A DNA stretch of 63,497 bases, the filler included, from Reclinomonas americana ATCC 50394 (Eukaryota), in the NCBI GenBank assembly GCA_048213135.1. It is 8 parts of 3 records of this genome, joined end to end, with 100 filler letters (N's around TTAATTAATTAA, not from the genome) between each part and the next. Parts side by side here need not be neighbours in the genome. Positions count along the whole stretch, not along the records: positions 57,177 to 61,860 come from PS015063.1; positions 61,961 to 63,497 come from PS015069.1; 6 more parts are not named here. One strand, 5' to 3'. Below the pieces are notes generated by a model. That model saw only the letters and a program-made list of their open reading frames with translations, was not told the origin of the DNA and did not search any database. Each line of letters opens with the position of its first letter. Position 1 is the first letter of the stretch. The position numbers and the translations under genes were made by a program. Below, piece after piece: positions 59,234 through 63,497 of this stretch.

Positions 59234-61508
59234 TCGCGAAAGCCATGCACACATTCACCCCTCGCAAATCCGCTCCCCTCCACACTGTCCGGTGCATCAC
59301 CGCATCCCTCAAATCCGCACCCCTCACTCGCACACCCGACAGATCTCGCCCACTAAACGACACTTGTGCCACACATAACACCGTCGCTGCATTCGCGGCT
59401 GCCGTCACCACTCGCTCCTCATCCACCTCTCGTGACATCTCAATCACCTCCCACAGTCTCGCTTGCAACGCAGGGGATCGTCGCACCACCTCCGCCATCT
59501 GCTCCACCAACGATGGTCGATCATTCAGCAGTCGCACTGCCAGCACATGCTGCTGCACATCTTGCATTGTCAGTCTCTCGGCGTCTCCCCACGTCTCCCA
59601 TGCAAACACATGCCGTGCCACACAGTGCTCCAGCAATGACAGATGCACAAAACCCCACTGTGTCGTCCCAAATCGTCGCACAATCGGGCAGCACACACGC
59701 ACGTGCCGGTTCTTGTCGCCAAGAAACTTGTCCCACGGCCCCTCATCTGCTCTCGCAACTGGTGACGACGGAGCGCCGCAAAAGTCATCTTCTTCTTCAT
59801 CGTCACCGAACTGGTTATGGGGCGACGAGACACGCACCGCATTCCTCTCGTGCATCAACCGCGCCAGTCCCTCACAGAACGAAAGGCACGTCTCCTCACT
59901 CGGCACACGTTCCGCACCAACACGTGTCTGCCTCTCCTGCTCCCTCCCAATCCACTGTCGGATGAATCGGTCAAACACATCACGACGAGTCGGTCGTTGC
60001 ACACCAGTCGCAACCAACTGCGGCAGCACACGAGCCACCACTGTCAGCAGGAACGGATTCGATACCAATGCGTCCAGTCCATGCACACTCTTCAGTGCAC
60101 GAATGTACTCCTCGGCAGTCGACCATCGCACCTCACCGTCGTCATCATCGCCATCCACTTGCACCAGTCGCTCAAAGTACTCCTCAATCTGCACCTTGCT
60201 GAAGGCTGCAATGTGTCGCTCCATCAACTGTTGCATGCACAACTGCCCACGTGTATCCACCGGTGCAAAATACCGTCGATACTGCGCCGATCCACCCAGT
60301 GCCGTCAGTGCAAAATCGCCGCGACAGGTGATAATCACCTTCACATCGCGACACACATCCAGTTGGTTCTTGACAAACAGATTCACACCACGGTACAACT
60401 CGTCGTACCCGTCAAGCAACAACAGCAATGGTTTCTCCCTCTTCAACCGTCGCACATCCGTCTCGCTGAATCCCAACTCGGGCGACAGTCGCTCCAATGC
60501 CTCCTCCAACAATCGCTCATCGGAGCTGCGCAGTGAACCAAGAGGCACACGGACCGGTAGTCTTTGCCGACTCCCACGTGGCTGTTGCCACTGTCGCCAG
60601 GCCCGCTCGGCCAACAACGACATGGTGGTGGTCTTGCCGGCGCCACTGTTGCCAAACAGCACCAGCACACGATGAGTGGTGTTGGTGTCGGCGAGGAATG
60701 CATCAACCTCGGTCAGCAGGTCCGTCAACTCCTTGGATTCGCGCTCCCGGGAACACAGCAGTGGTACGTACATCTGCAAGTCCTTGCGCACACTCTCGTC
60801 GTGTTGATAAAAAGAGAGCTCACGTACAGCCAGTCGATGCAGTCGCTCTTCGAATGTGTCCATGAAGAAGCGAGCATGGCACGCCTCACGGATACGGGTG
60901 GTGTACCGCGCAAACTCGTCAGCCGTGAGCCACAAGCGAGAAAGGATGGAGAGAAAGACACCATCGTCGCCGAGATACCGCAGAACTGTTGTATCTGTCC
61001 ACGGCGGCGGGTTGTGTATCAGCACGTTCCTCACGTCACGAAGTTGCTCCACAGCCTTGCGCTCGTCAACGTCGTCAATTAGCAGCAGCTTGCGACCATC
61101 CTCGCAAAGGAGTCCACCGTACAGCATGATGGACGAGAGGGCAGTCGTGTCGAAATCGGTACACGAGGGGTCGGACGAGGGGTCGGCATCGAATGCAGCA
61201 CGCCAGGCCAACACCGCCGGCTGCTTCTCCTCAAACAACTTGACTCTCCCGGGGAGGAGTGGAGCATGTCGCGTACGCCAAGCCTTCACAGCCACGGAGT
61301 GCATGTGCAAGCCAGTCGGCACAATGCTCGGAACCCACATACACAGATCGCCAGTGTTGATCCGTGGAGACCACAGATCAGATGCCCACGCCCGCGCATC
61401 AAAGTCGGCATGATCGCGACTGAACTGGGCCATCGAGTGCAGGCAGCGAATACCCGCTGCCTCCTCCACAGCCTCAAACCCCATGTGGACGCGCTGCGAG
61501 TTGATCAT
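59234..61508 (-). CDS. NLR-like STAND NTPase: putative N-terminal HEPN domain, NACHT, pentapeptide repeats (C-terminus in gap)
   Basis: Uninterrupted 2.27-kb frame. Walker A VLVLFGNSGAGKTT, Walker B LLLLLDGYDEL, VIITCR, NPFLL, winged-helix FVHLSLLEH, AAANAATVL, then DLSGVRVRGADLRDAVMHRTVWRGADLRGVN. The N-terminus has DFDTTAL...LRDVRNVLIH. Confidence 0.88.
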
Positions 61509-61960
61509 GCTGCGCGCACAATAATTTCTGTCAGCACATCAGAGCACTGTGCTTTAGCAGAAGAGGGGAAAGCAGCAAACCGCGTCTCTCGTTCCGATGG
61601 GCTGCAATCATGCGGGGGAGGGGCGGAGTGAGAATGCTTGGGTAATTTGGGAAGACCGATACAAACAATTCTCGTTCCCCGTGCTCAGATGTGCAAACCC
61701 GCTGATTCTACCTGTTAGGACTACCATGGCAGGGGATAATCACCAAGGTCTCCCCTCATTCACTCATTCACACGTACACACAAAGTCTCTCAGTCTATTC
61801 CACACGCTAACCCTTTCGCACTCTCCCACGTTTCTCACCGACTCTCACGCGCAATCTCTCNNNNNNNNNNNNNNNNNNNNNNNNNNNNNNNNNNNNNNNN
61901 NNNNTTAATTAATTAANNNNNNNNNNNNNNNNNNNNNNNNNNNNNNNNNNNNNNNNNNNN

Positions 61961-62887
61961 CTCACTGTCTCTTTGAGCAGCGGCTGCACGACCACGCGCA
62001 CCATCGCCTGCCAGTTTCGACTTGCAACAACAAGCATACATTCAGCAACAACAACAACAATTGCAGCAGCAGCAGCAGCAGCAACAGCAGATGGCGGCGA
62101 GGTGAGCGACAACTGCGTGCGCTTTCCGCCATCTTCTCTGTGTCGCTGACTGGTGATGTATGTGCCACGCAGCCTGGCTTCATTCGACGCGGCCAGTCGC
62201 TACTCGCTCTCCTCGTCGATGCTTTCACAACCACCACCACCGCCGCCACCACCAATGCCACAACTACCACCACCACCAGTGTTCACGGTGGGTGAGAAGG
62301 AGCAGTTGTTGCGGACGGTGGAGGATTTGCGGGAGCGTGTGGCGTCGTTGGAGAGCACCGTGGCGATGATGTCACTGGCGGGTGGATCGGCGCGCCTATC
62401 GATGCAGCCAGCTGCCTCGCAGTCTTCGTCCGCCGCCACAGGTGCGGGTGGTGCCGTGCTGGGGTCCACGCTGACGCCCGTGGCGGCGGCGGCACTCGAG
62501 CACTCCATTCAGCGCCAACAACAACAACAACAGCAACAGCAGCAGCAGGCGGTGCGCTCCTCATCGCCTGCTCACACCGGTCGCAGCAGCGCAGCCAATG
62601 GCGCCTTTGCACCGTCGCCGTTGCCACTGTCGTCGTCGCCGTTCAAGCACATGGGTCTGCCGTCGAGCGCACATCCCATCTCCACTCCAGGCTCCCTGTC
62701 GTCTCTCTCTTCGTCATCCTCCGCCTCCTCCCTCTATTCCGCCATGTCGCATCAGCCGGCGCCGCCCCCACCCGCATCATCATCATCATCATCATCGTCG
62801 TCGTCGCTGTCGCTCTCCACCGTCCCCTTCACCACCCCACAGAGCCGACTGTCGGCGCTTTTAAACTTTAACTTTCCCTCGCGATGA
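61961..62887 (+). CDS. 3' exons of an unknown Ser/Pro/Gln-rich protein with a short coiled coil (5'-partial)
   Basis: Open frame with EKEQLLRTVEDLRERVASLESTVAMM and poly-Q/S/P tracts, stop at 62887, GTGAGC donor at ~62102. Confidence 0.55.
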
Positions 62888-63170
62888 CGGCGGGGCGCAG
62901 CAAAATGAACCAATTGTGCACGCACCATCATCGTTAACAACAACACATTAGGTTTGACTTTATGGTGACACGGTACATACAGCGCGCGCACAGCACGCGC
63001 GCGCGCGCGTAGAACACAAAACAACATTATGGACGATGATTGTGGGCATGGTTCGGCAGCGGTGTTTCCACTGTCGACCACCACTCTAGAATGCGGCGAC
63101 TCAGCGCCTTGCGATCGGTTTCCAACGGCATCGGCTGGCCGTGTGTGGGGTCCTGCAGCAACAGCACAAG

Positions 63171-63497
63171 TCAGTCATTGTTTCCACCGACACTCCCTCT
63201 CTCTCTCTCTCGAACACGCACCACCAGCAGCAAGTTGGCCGTTGTTAGCGGCATCACGTGGACCTTGCTCATCAGCGCACTGTCGGCACTGGTCCGCTGG
63301 TGGTTCTCTTTTCCGTCGCCGTCGACGACAGGCATCTGCAACGCGAGCAAGGCGGCCTCACGCGCGGCTGCCGCCGCCGCCACCGATGTGGGGTGGATGG
63401 GCGGCAAGTCTCTGCGCGGTGGCGGCGGCGGCTGCGACGGCGGCGCCGTGGTGGCACCCAGACCCTCGGCGCGCGGATTAGGAGTCTTCCACAAACT
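63171..63497 (-). CDS. Possible internal or terminal exon of an unknown Pro/Ala-rich protein (cut by the window edge)
   Basis: GC3-rich open frame WKTPNPRAEGLGATTAPPSQPPPP...; convergent with the previous gene. Confidence 0.35.
   Translation of the reverse strand, partial: SLWKTPNPRAEGLGATTAPPSQPPPPPRRDLPPIHPTSVAAAAAAREAALLALQMPVVDGDGKENHQRTSADSALMSKVHVMPLTTANLLLVVRVRERERGSVGGNND

Overview
Eukaryotic (probably protist) genomic DNA from a gappy draft assembly. It is GC-rich in exons and extremely intron-dense, with GA/CT/CA microsatellite-filled introns. Contigs are joined by artificial N44-TTAATTAATTAA-N44 spacers, and at least the ABC and TPR genes run in order across these spacers. The ORF track is mostly uninformative, so genes were rebuilt by manual splicing. 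Left to right: the 3' end of an unknown gene; a large secreted LamG/SUEL-lectin/EGF protein (-); a divergent ferric reductase/NOX-family protein (-); GAF-type free Met-R-sulfoxide reductase (+); prefoldin subunit 3 (-); a secreted EGF-repeat protein capped by 14 Asp-box propeller blades (-); a Rab34/36-like GTPase (+); a universal stress protein (-); an NRF-6-type acyltransferase (-); an ABC half-transporter (+); a multi-TPR protein (-) with an antisense histone H3 first exon inside one intron; Rad50 (+); a HEPN-NACHT-pentapeptide NLR-like gene (-); and low-complexity gene fragments. The most striking signal is a second, very common class of 5' splice site (/GTTGCGT, /GTTGAGT, /GTTACG). It is the normal donor shifted by one base, occurs at 23 or more introns in seven genes, and almost always follows an exon that does not end in G. 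The putative HEPN-effector STAND NTPase is the best candidate for a new immune system. All calls are by eye, without database searches.
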